Positions 26,901 through 39,970 of a stretch of 64,000 nucleotides of DNA are shown here, piece by piece. The DNA is from Tubulanus polymorphus. Taxonomy: Eukaryota > Animalia > Nemertea. The notes below the pieces were generated by a model. That model saw only the letters and a program-made list of their open reading frames with translations. It searched no databases and was not told where the DNA came from. The DNA is taken from assembly GCF_964204645.1 (NCBI RefSeq), contig NC_134035.1, positions 744,001 through 808,000 on the forward strand, given 5' to 3'. Made by a program: the position numbers and the translations under genes. Position 1 is the first letter of the stretch. Each line of letters opens with the position of its first letter.

Positions 26901-28450
26901 CGAGTCCAGAAGTAAAGGCATTTTTCCGATAAAACAGCTAGGCTACTATCGGGTCCCACACTCCATACTAGGCCTATATATTTTTGAAGAACTACGTCTG
27001 AAACTATATGCAATTTCTGAAGGGATGAGTGTCAAATTTGTAGCTTTTAATGATCTTTGAATTGATGAAAATGGCAACTTCAATGCGAAGGCAGGTATCC
27101 GGACCCCTGATACCACCCTCTAAATCCGTCCCTAATGAATGACATACCTCGCCTTCGTTATCCAGCAAACTTTTCATGATCAATATCATCTGATCGGAAT
27201 CATCGGTCCAGTCTCCGACCTCCCATCGAGAACGATGACCGTCGTCGACTTTCATCTTGTAGGCGATCTTTCCGGCGTGTTTACCGTAAGATTTCTCCGC
27301 GTCGGTTTTACTCATGAATTCCGATAACAATCCGATCGCGTCTCCGATACAGTTACCGTAAACGGTCGCTTTTATAGAATCAGTCACGCTGAAAATAATG
27401 AAAAATCAATAAATTCATTATAAATGACTGCGAGTAATTTGACAGCGAGTAAGTTGACAGTTCCTTTCTGCAGTTCACAGTGACTTTGTCTAATTCCTAG
27501 CCGTCATTCTACAAATAACGAGAACTGTAACCAGACTAACAGTGACCTGACACAAAAAAAGTTTTTGACCCCAGTATCCTAGGTACTATATATAAAAAGA
27601 CTTTTTACATATAGTACCTGGATACTGGGGTCAAAGACTTTTTGTGTCAGGACCCTGTACTGCAGCTGGTAGGAAAGATCATCTATTCAACACACTCAGC
27701 TGCTCTGGCGCAGTGAGAAGCTTGGGAGTAATCAGACTGAATTCAGTCTGATTACTCCAAGCTTGACTTGCAATAAGAAGACGTGAAGCTGTTGCATTCA
27801 CCATGATAGTGCAGGTCCCAGTTCCACAGTTCTGAATTGAGATTTGACTCAGATGGCGAGTCTCCTGCAGAGGACCAATCTACCAGTCTGGAAGGTGTCT
27901 CCTTTAGATAGGAGACCACTGTTGGCAATAGTCCTATGCCTTTATGGACAGAAGACAACTTTCCGAGTCTGGAGGATGTCTCATTTTTGATTCTGAATGG
28001 CGTCTCCTTGGTAAGAGACTTTTTGTAGATCGCTCTACAATCGTCTATCATCAGTAGGCTATCATCAAGAATAAGAATGGCCACTTGTTCAGAATGTAGG
28101 TCCAATTCGGCCTCGCTCACAATCGGGATGCTCAATGGTTCAAGATCAATCGAGCCAACTCTTGCTGCACGACCCCTCTTAAATCATCTTTCAAAGAGGA
28201 CTAACACATTTTTAGGGATGTTCTATAATGATATGAGAACTGGAGTACTAGATATTTATCAGTGTAGAGGGAGGAACTGCCTTAATCAGCGCCTTGAAGT
28301 GATTATTGAGAAACTGAAACTGAAAGTGAAACCGGCGGAGGCGGAGCATCTGTCTTACCTTTCCATTTTATGAAGTGATTTCGGGGCATCTTCTTTGCTG
28401 TCCTCGGAATTCTTTCCGATGCAGCTGAAAACTTTTCGAAGACCTTCCAT
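23986..28450 (-). CDS. ADP-ribosylglycohydrolase (ARH/DraG-like), 7 exons, ~450 aa, Glu/Gln-rich C-tail
   Basis: GT-AG exons 28450-28359, 27388-27148, 26772-26629, 25913-25759, 25677-25518, 25052-24757 and 24250-23986 join in frame. Motifs: GNCIGDAIG, WTDDSDQ, NGGVMR, THADPRC, GGDADTNGAVAGALLG. Confidence 0.92.
25095..25350. repeat. Degenerate ~50-60-bp intronic tandem repeat
   Basis: Recurring (T)GGGACTGCCGTA..ATATTTCACTGAGTTGAGAATCAGG blocks. Confidence 0.7.
27539..27658. mobile_element. Palindromic MITE (~120 bp) in ARH intron 1
   Basis: CCTGACACAAAAA..TTTGACCCCAGTATCC.AGGTACTATAT is mirrored by ATATAGTACCTGGATACTGGGGTCAAAG..TTTGTGTCAGG. A related half copy lies near 39908-39953. Confidence 0.8.
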
Positions 28451-28842
28451 GACGCACTTAAGCTTCAAAATATTTCTGAATCTTTTACTGTTTCACAATC
28501 ACATCCACTCATTGCTCATCGATGACTCACCGGACCGGAACAATATTTCTTAGGAGTTACCCGCTATTGGTGTTTACTCCTCCGTTGGACTGGTTGCCTG
28601 ACCCAGACCAAATTCAAATTAACTCAGACCGATAACCAGTCTACACCTCAGTGCATCCTCGCTTGCCAGGCGTAGTTGGCTAACTGGTTGCCAGGAGCAG
28701 AAGCCTGAACAAGAGCAGGAGAGGAACATATTATAATTTTTGGATCCTTTTTCTAAACATTACATTTTAGTCCATGGAAAATAAATTCTTTTCATCGAGA
28801 TTCAGACTTTGCTCCAACTTGAATTGATCACATGATAACAAA
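28451..28842. promoter_or_regulatory. Putative bidirectional promoter (ARH / MKRN2OS-like)
   Basis: Divergent ATGs are ~390 bp apart. A YY1-like AAAATGGCGGC overlaps the MKRN2OS start. Confidence 0.55.
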
Positions 28843-30468
28843 ATGGCGGCGCCCATATATTGTTTTTGTCACTGCGAAAAGCGGACAAAAATATTCTATT
28901 CGAACTTTCCACAGTGGTGTCCAGTCTGCGGACTGGATACAGAGCGGTCTTTATCGTTAATACCGCCGTATAAAATACCCAGTCCATTTATAACAGTCTC
29001 TCAATCTCCGTACAGTGTCGTTATTCGGCCCACAGTCGGTCACTTTATTGAGTAAGTTTAGAACACTATCTAACAGTAACACAATCTAAATTAGATAAGA
29101 TAATCAATCACACCTTTTTGGGTCAAAAGTTGTTGATTAGTAATCCCCAGACCTCCTCAACTATTGTTATACAGTAATGAAGGAATTTCGTGGTACTGGT
29201 GGGGTACAAAGTACAGTAGTGCCTGAAAACAGATAGCCCAGCATCTACCTCATCCGATACCAAGGTTCTCTCAGTCTCAGTTAATTGACTTGCGCCAGTG
29301 ATATATCACTATCACTACCGGCTCCTGATTGAATAATCACAAGGGTGAGCTTGGTAGGCCATTCTCCTTCAGCAGACTATCATATCTTCAACCTAATCAG
29401 CCGTTATATTTTCAATAAGATTCAAGTAATTTTTCCAGATCATACACGGCCTCGGATAATCTACACATAGGTATAACATCGTCGACAGGTGAGTCTAGAG
29501 CTGATAACAGGTTTTACACGTGACATCACAGAGCATTATATCGGCCACAAACCGCAGGCTGCTATCTGAATTAAAACGGGATCTGTTTTAGGTGAAGTTT
29601 ACGATTACGATGAAAATGGACTGAATATAGGATCCGATGTTTGGAAACGAACCGACTGTTTATCTATCGCGATGCCGCCGCATTCAGCCGAGGAAACTAC
29701 GGTAACCTGGGACGATTCTCTGCGCCATTATTCACAATATCCTGACTGGCATCAAAACAGGTAATGTATGTAGAAGTAGGTCTAGTGTATCTACGAGGGG
29801 ATGTGTCAAATTTATCCACTCCCTACATCATAATATCAGTTGTGTAGGATCTGTGATAGCCTCGCATGAGAGCCTGAGGTTATCTACTTCAGTGTATATA
29901 GTAAAGATTAAAGATATTGATGCCTTGTTTCCCCTTTCTGCTGAGCTTAAATATTGACCCGGGCTGGGTGGCCAATTAGGAGAAACAAGGTGTCATTTTT
30001 TTGGCTGTAAAGAGAGTATGACGGTGGGTTCATTTTTACAAGCTCAAAGACGAAATACTGATCTTCCATTCTCAGAAAAAAAACCTGGCATTAGGCAGGG
30101 CAGAGGGCTTGGGGGTGGATCGAGTGCAATATCAGTAAACCTTCACAGTAGTTTTAATTAACATTTATCTATCGCTTGTCCTTATCATTATGTACAAAAA
30201 GCTTAAGATGAATTACCGTCGATGCTATTAATCATTGAACTGTATTTCTTTCTTTTTATTCAGGTATCACTCGGATGATCACAACTGTTACGATTTCGTT
30301 ATCGGATTTTTTCGATATATCAGACTCGCGTCTCGCGATAGCCGGTACGCGAGTAAAATCTCGTTCACCGAAAACGTTTTATTACCGGAAACTACCAAAG
30401 TCGCGGCGTATATAAGCTTATATAGAAAAATCCAACAAGAAGGAACTGTGTGTCAAACTTCTGATTGA
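28843..30468 (+). CDS. MKRN2OS: MKRN2 opposite strand protein-like (permuted papain-like fold), 4 exons, ~210 aa
   Basis: Exons 28843-29051, 29439-29488, 29592-29760 and 30264-30468 join in frame. N-terminal HC..CPVC, then IPSPF, VVIRPTVGHF, LHIGITSSTGEVYDYDENG and HNCYDFV motifs. Confidence 0.85.
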
Positions 30469-31608
30469 GTTTTCTCAATTAGTCGAGTCATATCCGACCG
30501 TTAGAAAGACAATGCAATTACACATTTGTTATATCAAAGCCTTTGAATCTTAGAAAGGTCGAATATCTTTATTTAGACGTTTAACTATTTTCTTTTTATA
30601 CTTTGTATTTTTTTAGTGAATCAGAATTAATTTATAATAAAATTTCTTAAAAAATAAAAAATTTCTAAGATTAAATCAATCTTTTGATTGCCGCGGTGTC
30701 ATTGAAATCATTATGATCTGAAGAATCTTTTAGTCGTGTTTCAATGGAATTTTTTTTGTCCCATTTGCACGGACAAAAAATTTCTATCCATTAAATTTTT
30801 CTTCAAATTACCACTTTTCCTAAAATTCTTATCCAATTTTTCTGAAACTTAGGATGCCGTATCTACGGACCAAGGCTTACACAAACATAAAGCTATGTCC
30901 TGATTTACCCTACAGGGGGCGCTGTAAAGGGGTACATGTAAGGTACATACATAATAGAGCTCGGTGGTCTAGTAGTGTACTCGGTTGATGTGATATCCAA
31001 TTCATCGAATCTCTCAGAAACCTGGCGTGTGGTATCCGGACTAGAATGAAATCAAATTGTGTAATAAATGATTAACTTCTAAAAATCAGAATTTATTAAA
31101 TATATAAACCGAAATGTCGCACCAGATTTGATACACAAAGACATCATAAACAAATCTACACAAATCGTATTAAACTCAATGTTCTATTAACATGAAAGCA
31201 GAGAAATAGTTTCGAGTGAATCAAAATATCCGAAGTAATCATGATTTTTCTTAAATTTTGCAAAATAGGTTTTAGCAGGTGGCGTCCATAAAATATTTAC
31301 GCAAAAATTACCTATCGTTATCAGCAGGTCCTTCCTACCACAGGAAAATTGTACACTTGATTACTTTAAATGCTACCTTGCTACTAAAAACACACATTTC
31401 AACACGTGCTCCTAGCTAGGGCTTGCATACATATTTTATGGATGCCCCCCCTAAAGAATTATCTATGGTAGTTGATAAATACTTGCTCTAATCACCTGAT
31501 AGAAGTATTTTGTAATGCATTAGATTTTCTATTAAATGCAAATACATAGCTGTAAGGCATTAAGTAATTGATGCATACCTCAACCCATCCTTAGATATAC
31601 ACATTTTA

Positions 31609-31828
31609 GGCTAAAAAAAATTGATACCTTGTTTCTCCGCTCTGCTGAGCTTAAATGTTGACCCGGCCGGCCGCCTATCTACCCTATACATTACTTTTTT
31701 TAAAATCGTGATCAATTTTACCATAACAGACCCGGCCGCGGTAGAAATGAACTGTTTACAAATTTTATCATATTCTACAAAAATGACCCGGCCACTGCGG
31801 AGAAACAAGGTATCATTTTTGTTTAGCC
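31609..31828. mobile_element. PIF/Harbinger-like MITE with TTA target-site duplication
   Basis: TIRs GGCTAAAAAAAATTGATACCTTGTTTCTCCGC / GCGGAGAAACAAGGTATCATTTTTGTTTAGCC, with TTA on both sides. A shorter relative lies at ~29915-30006. Confidence 0.8.
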
Positions 31829-32285
31829 TTACTGGTCTACAATTTTATCTATTTTTACATGCCCTAGTCACTCATTTCGAAAAAATCTATTCATTCGAAA
31901 TGGCAGAACTTTAACTTGGTATTTGGCAAAAAGGGTTTAATGGGGCAAATAATACCTATGAAGCAAATAGTGTTGTATGAACTGAGGATGGATTAATTTC
32001 AGATTTTGTATTTTCGTGGTTTGCCTACTTCGTGATACTACTGAGTACGTGTCGTAACATGGCAACATTTCCAACAAATTTAATCGCAATAATTTACATC
32101 GCGTAATTAAGATTTATTCCGAACATGGATAATCGAACCCGAAATAATTACTAAACGTAGAAAATTCATAACCCGGTAATATTTACAAATTCGTGATTAG
32201 ACGCCCGACCACATCATAGACTACAGACGATTATAACGCGACTTAGATTCTTACTATTCACTGGTCTGATGTGAAGGTATATAAA

Positions 32286-32592
32286 CAGGGTTCTTACAGG
32301 TTTCGAAATTTCATTTTCCATTACTTTTCCATACCCCTATTGCCAACCTAGAACGGGCTATGTAAGCCCATTCAAAGTAAACAAGTGCCAATTACAAATT
32401 TTTGTTAAGTTTGATATCAAATGCGTAGTAAGACATTAAGGCATACAGCTGAATATTCAAAATAGAAAAAAAATCTTAATTTGGGACCATTTTCCATAGA
32501 GTTAATATAGCTATAAAGAAAAAAAATTTTCACACCTGTTCAGGGGCCTGGAAAAACAATTCCCATTTTCCAAAACCTGTAAGAAGCCAGTG
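32286..32592. mobile_element. MITE with CAGGGTTCTTACAGGTTT-type TIRs
   Basis: Left CAGGGTTCTTACAGGTTT, right AAACCTGTAAGAAGCCAGTG. No clear TSD. Confidence 0.55.
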
Positions 32593-33774
32593 TAAAGCAC
32601 AGTTTAATGAAGACTCAGGTTTTTAGGAGACTTATTAACGTTGTATATATAATATACAATATGACTATCAAACTTCTTCCTTAGAAGAAACAATTACGAT
32701 AATACTTAATACATTTTTCACCCTTCGAATACCGCCAGGGGTGGGACAAAGGAAACCATTCCTTAGCGCGAAAATAAACATTCGAAAAATATTGAAGGCT
32801 GATTTTCAGTTTGCTTTTCCTGTTGCAGGGTTCCTTCAGATCGGTCATTCCTGGATATAAGGTTTGTTACAGGAGAACGGTATTGAGTTTACTGTACAAC
32901 TACAATCATTTCTAATTGCTCAAAATTGAAGGAGTTTTGGGTATTTTGTACAAATCAAAAGGAGTTTAAAGCACCTTTAAAAGCACTATCTGTTCAGAAG
33001 GAGTCATAGAGACGCCATGATGTCGCTGGAAATCGCTCGTAAAAATGCAGAAAAACTAGCTGAGCGCAGAAAAATACAGCAGCAGGAAATTACATGCAAA
33101 AGCTTTTTTGTCCACGCAACAGGAAACTGCCCGTAAAAGCGCATTCAAATTTACTTGCTCGAATTAGCCTGCACACTGATATTTGTTGTCACTAGGGGTA
33201 TTTTCACGTAGCAGGAAACTGCTCGTGAAAACCCACCTCAATAGCGGTTAGAATAGTTGGAGCAAATTTTCAATCATTATATGGTTTGGCTAATATAGTG
33301 CAGTGCAAGTTTTGAGAAGGAAAAAATATCAAAATCCAATGATCGAACCAAACCAATTCGCATAAGGCCAACTTCAGAAAACTAAGCGAAATTTTATATG
33401 GAAAATAATTCAAAACATTACATCAAAATGAACCGTCCAAATATTGTCCAAGTACCAGGTTACTAATAGTGTCAACTGGGGGCAGCACTGTATTACCACA
33501 GACATGGACAGCGAACTCGAGTATTTTATCAAACTAAAGCAAAACTCGATAAAAGACAAAAACAGTGCGACTGCGACGACGGTGACAATACAGAGGATGA
33601 AGGACCGATAAATTGAACGTTTGTTGACGTTGTAACGGTTGACATTGTTGATTTGAATCGGGGAGAAACACGGTTTAAATAAACCGCAGCTTACGACGAC
33701 GTTGGAAGAAAAACCTTGAAAATTGTTCGTTCTTGAAATCAGATCATTGTTAGCGCGCGCGGTAACAACTCGGT

Positions 33775-36700
33775 TCATCTTTTCACCAGATCGACCGTGC
33801 TGAATTTTTTGCGCCGCGGCAAATCGCCGAATATTTCTCGTCCGTCTTCGTGGATACTTTGAGCGATGGCCTTGATGCTGGCCGCGATGTCCTGAGGCGG
33901 CTGAAATGATAAACAATTTCGGATGTTTTTATAAAAGAAACGCGACAAACTTAACCGAACACACTATGGTTCGGATGTGATACATTTCACAATGTCGGCC
34001 ATTTTGAAAATACAGCGACTAATTACAGACTATAGTTACAAAATTAGGTCCTAAATACAGCTCAATCACGAAGTCAATGATTTACAGACAATAGTTCAGA
34101 CTAAGTGACATTCGGTTTCACTTAGTGCGCTAATAGAGTCGACTAACTCAGATAACTGAAGTTTCAAGCACTTTTAAAAGCATTTACCATTTTGAAGAAG
34201 TTGGAGGGAACCTGTTTCGAATGACAATTGAAACTAATTACTTACTTCATCATCGATATCATCTAATTGTTGCGAGCGTTTGTTTATCGACCACGAAGGA
34301 ACTGATACGGGTAAAGACATTGAATACATCATACCGCGACTGTTACGATTCCATGTATCACTACTCGTGCTCATACTACTGTCTGTTAACAAACAAAACA
34401 ATTCTCATTCATAACTGCCTATAACTATTTCTATCTAATTAATTGAAATAAATGTCTCCGGCGATTACAGGATTTTCAGTAAATGAGGACTTACCGTCCG
34501 TGTCGTTTTCATCATCGGACTCGGAATAAGCTTGGATGTCGTCGGTTTCGTTGTCAAAACCATCCATTCCAAACATGTCTGTATAAAAGGTGATGAAAAC
34601 AATTTCTTTAAACTATCATTGATACGTATGTGAATATAAACGTTTATGGTCTACATTGTGAAACAGCCCGGGATATCCCGCCAGATAACGCGACTAGTGC
34701 ACAGTTTTAAGGCGTCAAATGAGGTTAATTTTTCTGTCCAATTCTCAATGCATTTCCATTGAATTTGATTTGATAAATTTCTCAGAAAAAAGTTGGCGTG
34801 ATTTGCAACAGTTTTATAAAATGTATGGACAGACATTTTTGGAAAAAGTAGGTAAGGGAAAATACACCTTTCCCCCCATTCAGTTAATCAGTTAATCATA
34901 GGGAAAACACTATTGACAGGGAGGAGTAAAGACTGTTAGAGTGGAATCCACAGATGCTGCAGTAGCGTCAAACGTACTAACCTTCCGTATCAGGACTATG
35001 AGCTGATTGATTTGGAGACTTTTTCACCGGTTTTAACTGAAATAGAAAATGCATTAAGAATAAATAAGCGCCGAAAAATTGTCAAAGAATCCTCAGTGAA
35101 GTCAGGTAAGTCATATAACTGAAGTCATCTTTAGAGTCCCCGATATGTATTATTAGCAATTCAATTCACTATTAAGAGAAATATGTAATTTGAATAAGTC
35201 ATCAACATAACGATCTATAATTTTAACCGAGTTAGATTGTATAACTATAAGATCTGAAATTCACAGTGTTTAAACGCTTACAGGCTTCATACGAGTTTTA
35301 GTTGAATCTCGCGCGGTCCAATCGTATTCATTACTGCTGCCATCAGGGGATGATATGCTTACTTCTGCGATGAGAGACACAAAACAAAATCAATCTCAAA
35401 TTCTAGCAATGGCATGTATCCTAATGATTATAACTGACATTCAATATACAGTAAAGTCCTTTATAATGCCTTTATTGGGACCGATACAAAATATGGTGTT
35501 TAAACAAATTTGGCAGTGTTATAAAGAATGGTATTTTCAAAATGTCCGTATTTAGTTAGCAGCGCCATTAAAAAGGATAGTGTTATCACAGACTTTGTAC
35601 AATGCATGAACCCTTTATTCAAAATCACTCTTGTTGGAACAATAAAGCATACTTTATCTCCATTGTTTCAACTATATGAAATATTCACCAACAATGGCCG
35701 GAAATGCATCTAAAACGCCCACAATTTTCTTGAGTGGCTACGTTTCTCACCCCCCCCCCCCACACACACATAACTACTACTTGCAACTTACTATTCAATC
35801 TATGAACAAGACTAGATGAAGTGTTGTCGTCTGTTGCTGTTTCGGATTCAATTTCTTCATTTTCATCCGTCGCCATCATCAAATTCATCAACTTGCTCTT
35901 TTCATTACGTGCCTTACTTCGCAAAGCGGCGAATTTATTGCGTTCGACTTCTTCAAATTTCCTGCAAGAAAGAGAACAACCGCGAATGTACATTAAAATG
36001 ACATGGGCTCGAGTCAGTAGACCTAATATAGGGGAGTCTATACAGTCTCAATTATCTGAAGTAAATTATGTTTTTTTATCATCAGATTTATTTATAATAG
36101 GTTTTTAATCTAATCATCTATTTTCCATGACCCGGTTCCAAAGTTGTGAGTTAGAGTTGAAATCAGTTCACTTTCAATGAGTTAACTGTGAAATTAACTC
36201 AGAACTGTGGAACTGGGTCCATGAATTTACAGGATTTTCAACCACTGGGCCCAGTTTCACGAAAAAGTGTAGGCCTAAAACGGTTAAGTTTGAATTGTTG
36301 TCCGCATTGAAAATATGAAGTAACCAAAAGCGATTACACTAAAAATTTGAGTAAAATTTTTTTTAGTGAAACTAGACCCCCTGTAGGCGAATGAATGTTA
36401 TTTGTGTCGTACCTGATGCGTTCCTCCATCGCAGCTTCTTCATCGACCAAAAAGTCGGTGAGTTTTTTTTGTACGCTGTTAATCGATGGTTGTAACATTT
36501 CGTAACGACCACGGCATAAACCTAGAAAATACGAGTACGCACAGACGCACCGATCAATTGGGACGTTACGGTCACAGGGCCTCGGCTTGACAATCATATA
36601 ATGATTTCCGCGGTCCTGATGATTGTCATGCATTATATGTTTAAATTAAGTAACTAATTATGTATTCATATTTGTACCATGATAATCATTAAACAAATCA

Positions 36701-38768
36701 AATAAAATCAAAACAGGTGTTACCAGTGAGCTTCATTAGTGTGGGGGCCGTCCTCCAGAAAAACTTTTGAAATCACGTACTTGCTCATAAATAAATTTTC
36801 CCGGCATTTTGAACCATATATAATTCCGGCTGATTTTGTGTGTGAGAATTTCTATTTGAGTGGACATTGAAAATTACGAATTTGGGAAATTATTGGTCCG
36901 AGCAAGGTCGGCCCTGCACCGCCAGCCGTCTAGCGACAGATTGAATCTTCATTCCGATGCATACCCATTGGTTTTACGGTCTAAAACGAATCTAATATCG
37001 GTGTAAAGTCTAATATTTACCTCCTAACATCGGTTCAGTTTGGTTGTCGTTGTCAGCGCTCAGTTTAATTTCAAACAAATGCGAAAAATTCTCCGAAAGA
37101 CGCAGTTGTTCAACGGCTTTGCTGTCATCTCGCTAAGGGTGAAATATGAAATCAATAGCTTATATTCACTAAAGTTTTAATCGTATTACAACATCACGAG
37201 TCAAAATTTCCCGATAAGAACGTACTTGTAACTTGATGTTAACGATAACGCGGTTTCCAGGCTGTTGAATGTGCGTAGCGTAAACAGTCATCGTACAGCC
37301 AACGCATCGCACCACGCACCAATCACCAACTGTTTTCTGACGCAGAAGTCCGGCATATCTCTACAACAATTAACGAACTAACTAAGCTACTGTAAATTCC
37401 CGTTTGTATTTTCGTTTTGTTTTTATCTCGCTTTATGTCATTTGGATCCCGGAATAACCATATTGGATTATTCATCAGGTTTTGAAGTGTTGCCCGCACG
37501 CCGTAAGCTGCAGCCAGCGGGACTCGAACCCACTTCTCACTCAGTGCGTGCAACAGTTTCAAGCTTTATCCCACTAAAGTCAATTCAACGGACAAAATAA
37601 GAAAACTCTAGTCAGTAAGATACAAAACCCACTATCTACCGATTAAAAGAATTTTAAAACCAAGAATTTATTTATTCCAACAATCTAAAATATATAAAAT
37701 ACACAAGGTTTCGATCTCACCCTAGAGATCATCGTCAGGTATGAAATTTGCAATTTCTAACTCTAGTCAAATTTGCTTAAACCGTTTTAGTGATGACGGT
37801 TTTTGACCCTAAACTGCCTCGAAAAAAATTCTGCAGTACCGAAAACAGCGCGGTGCAGTGTATTTCCATCTTACAATACAGATAATAGATAATTTCACCG
37901 ATACATTACACCAAGGGATACATACAATGAAGGGTGGGTGGATTGTAAACAGCATAGTAGGCCTATAATGTAATGATGTTCTTGTAGTCTGGGCTGACAC
38001 CAGGGAATATATATATATATATATATAAACATACCTCAGCGATTCCATCTTGATTCAATTGAATTAAGGAGCAATTTCTAAACAATGACTCATCTTCATA
38101 CTGATGATCTGTCGCATCTACCAAACAACAAGAGAAATCTATCATTTATTTATGATTCAGGGTCAGGTTTATTGCGGACTAATACCATCTTTCCTCAATG
38201 GCAGGTCTAAGAGCTTAAGGCCAGCTTTGAATAAGACCATCTGGATAAGGACTAGAATCACAACTGCGTAACTGGCCGCGGGGTACAGAGTTGCCAAGTC
38301 TATCGCTTAGATTCTAGATCGGTCTTAGCCAAATTCGGTTATGAATCTTCACAACTTAAGACGCCTAAGACAAGTTGTTAGATTAGCAAAAGAACTACAG
38401 TCTTATAGGCCCACAGTCTTAGACCAGTCTTATATCTAAGCCTTGACAATGCAGTTATCCCCATCTAAGGTTTTATGATCTATTGGTATTAAACACCAAT
38501 GCTAGGACCAAGAAAAAACAGAGCGTTTTATGAGTTTGGCATAGGCCGTATAAAGAGGGTATTGTTATTGAAATTGAGAGAATTGGATGGATGAGTAATA
38601 AAGTTTGTTTGGTCTCATTAGAAATAGAAGGTCAAAATCACTGGCAGATACACTGACTCTGCATGGCGTACAGACTGGCGTACCTATAGCTGAAGGTGCA
38701 GTTCTTTCTAACACGTTGGTTTTACTGTGAATTCTTATGTTTAAGCAATCGCATGTCCAAATAACCAT
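33775..38768 (-). CDS. AKT1S1: PRAS40/AKT1S1-like mTORC1 regulator with N-terminal Cys-rich domain, 11 coding exons, ~392 aa
   Basis: Exons 38768-38684, 38117-38035, 37360-37226, 37132-37021, 36521-36413, 35961-35792, 35364-35282, 35036-34982, 34578-34495, 34382-34246 and 33900-33775 join in frame. TOS-like FGMDG, YSMSLPVSVPSW and DIAASIKAIA..IFGDLPRRKKFSTVDL match PRAS40 C-terminal motifs. A probable 5' UTR exon donor lies at ~39531. Confidence 0.85.
36129..36380. mobile_element. Two adjacent palindromic MITEs (~36129-36219 and ~36248-36380)
   Basis: TIR pairs GACCCGGTTCCAAAGTT/AACTGTGGAACTGGGTC and GGCCCAGTTTCACGAAAAA/TTTTTAGTGAAACTAGACC. Confidence 0.7.
37615..37758 (-). mobile_element. 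Penelope-like pLTR fragment with hammerhead-like motif and 11-bp TSD
   Basis: AACTCTAGTCA flanks both sides (37604-37614, 37759-37769). Minus strand reads ATAC-CTGACGA-T-GATCTC-TAGGGT-GAGATC-GAAA-CCTTGT-GTAT, then AATAAA. Confidence 0.65.
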
Positions 38769-39970
38769 TGTAATCTGCAATAAAGAAATGGACAACTAAT
38801 CAATGCAGTGTGGCAATCAGCTCAGGACTGGATCCAGGGTTTTCAAGTGGAGGGGGGTGCTCTGCTGGTCATCTTTGCTTGAAAATTTGCAAAATTAGAT
38901 TAATTTTCATGCATTCTGAGTGTTTTTAGGCAATGCTCGATCATTTCGACTCTAAAATTCAAAATGTAGCTTGTATTTTGAAATATTCCTTTGAGGTAGC
39001 ACCAAAAGCTTCTTCGACGCTGGACCAACGCCTGAAGACTTAGGCCTATACTGAGCTAAACATTTTCCTGAAGTTTCAACATTATAACGAGCCTTCTCAT
39101 TTATGCTGTCCATCAATTTCTTTAAGCAATTTGCAATCAATTCAATATACCAGTCAGGTCACCTGACAGTCACCGGATCGGTTTGACTGCAGTTTAGGTG
39201 TCCCTAATCGGTTATATACCTACAGTAACCTTAGGCCTACCATGTAACACTATTCTTTAACACTAGCACCACCCAGTGGATAGGTGACCCAAACTACAGT
39301 TAGAACCAGCTCTCTATCAATTTATTAGTCTAGAGCATAAAGAGTTTTGTTTAGAACCAACTCGGCAATTATTCGGTGAATTGATTGATTTTATTGTTGA
39401 TGTGATGGATGAAATGAAATGATGAAATCACATCATTTTGACAAGGCAACGTCGCGATTCAATGTCAGTGGTGACAGAATGCAAATTTTGTGCTTTTACG
39501 AAAGAATAATTGTAGATCATGACGCACTTACTCGGGGTAGCTGACAAGTGACGAAACCGCTTCAAAATGGACAAAATTTACGAAAAAAGTTGCATGCGAA
39601 AATTTGTTATGGTCGATCATGTGATTGCGTCCGTAGGCGTAGGCGCTTCCTGGCACCTAACGTCAGTGTGAGGCCTCAAGAAAAATACAAACTCACTATC
39701 ATACTGATCGCGAAACGGGCAGAAATGAAAACACAAATTCGCTACTTTATTGAGCGCGAAACGCTGAATTGTTGGAACTACGGACACATTTTCCAGATCT
39801 TAATACCCAAATGACTCCTGAATTTGTGAATTCGACATTTAGATAATATTTGTCTTACATCAACGAATTTATGATGGAAAATGCACTTTTACCGATGACC
39901 ACAGGGGGCTGACACAAAAGGTTTTTGGCCTCAATATCCTACGTACCGGTATAGTCCGGCCTGGGTTCAC

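Noticed and set aside
30909-30926. CTCF-like motif CCTACAGGGGGCGCTG
   Set aside because: It is a single motif match inside probable repeat DNA and has no supporting evidence.
33410-33916. 168-aa ORF
   Set aside because: It is the wrong frame of the last AKT1S1 exon plus 3' UTR. The PRAS40 motifs are in another frame.
37440-37480. Minus-strand CTGATGA followed by a hairpin (similar cases at ~8527 and ~43721)
   Set aside because: No GAAA follows the stem, so it is not a hammerhead.
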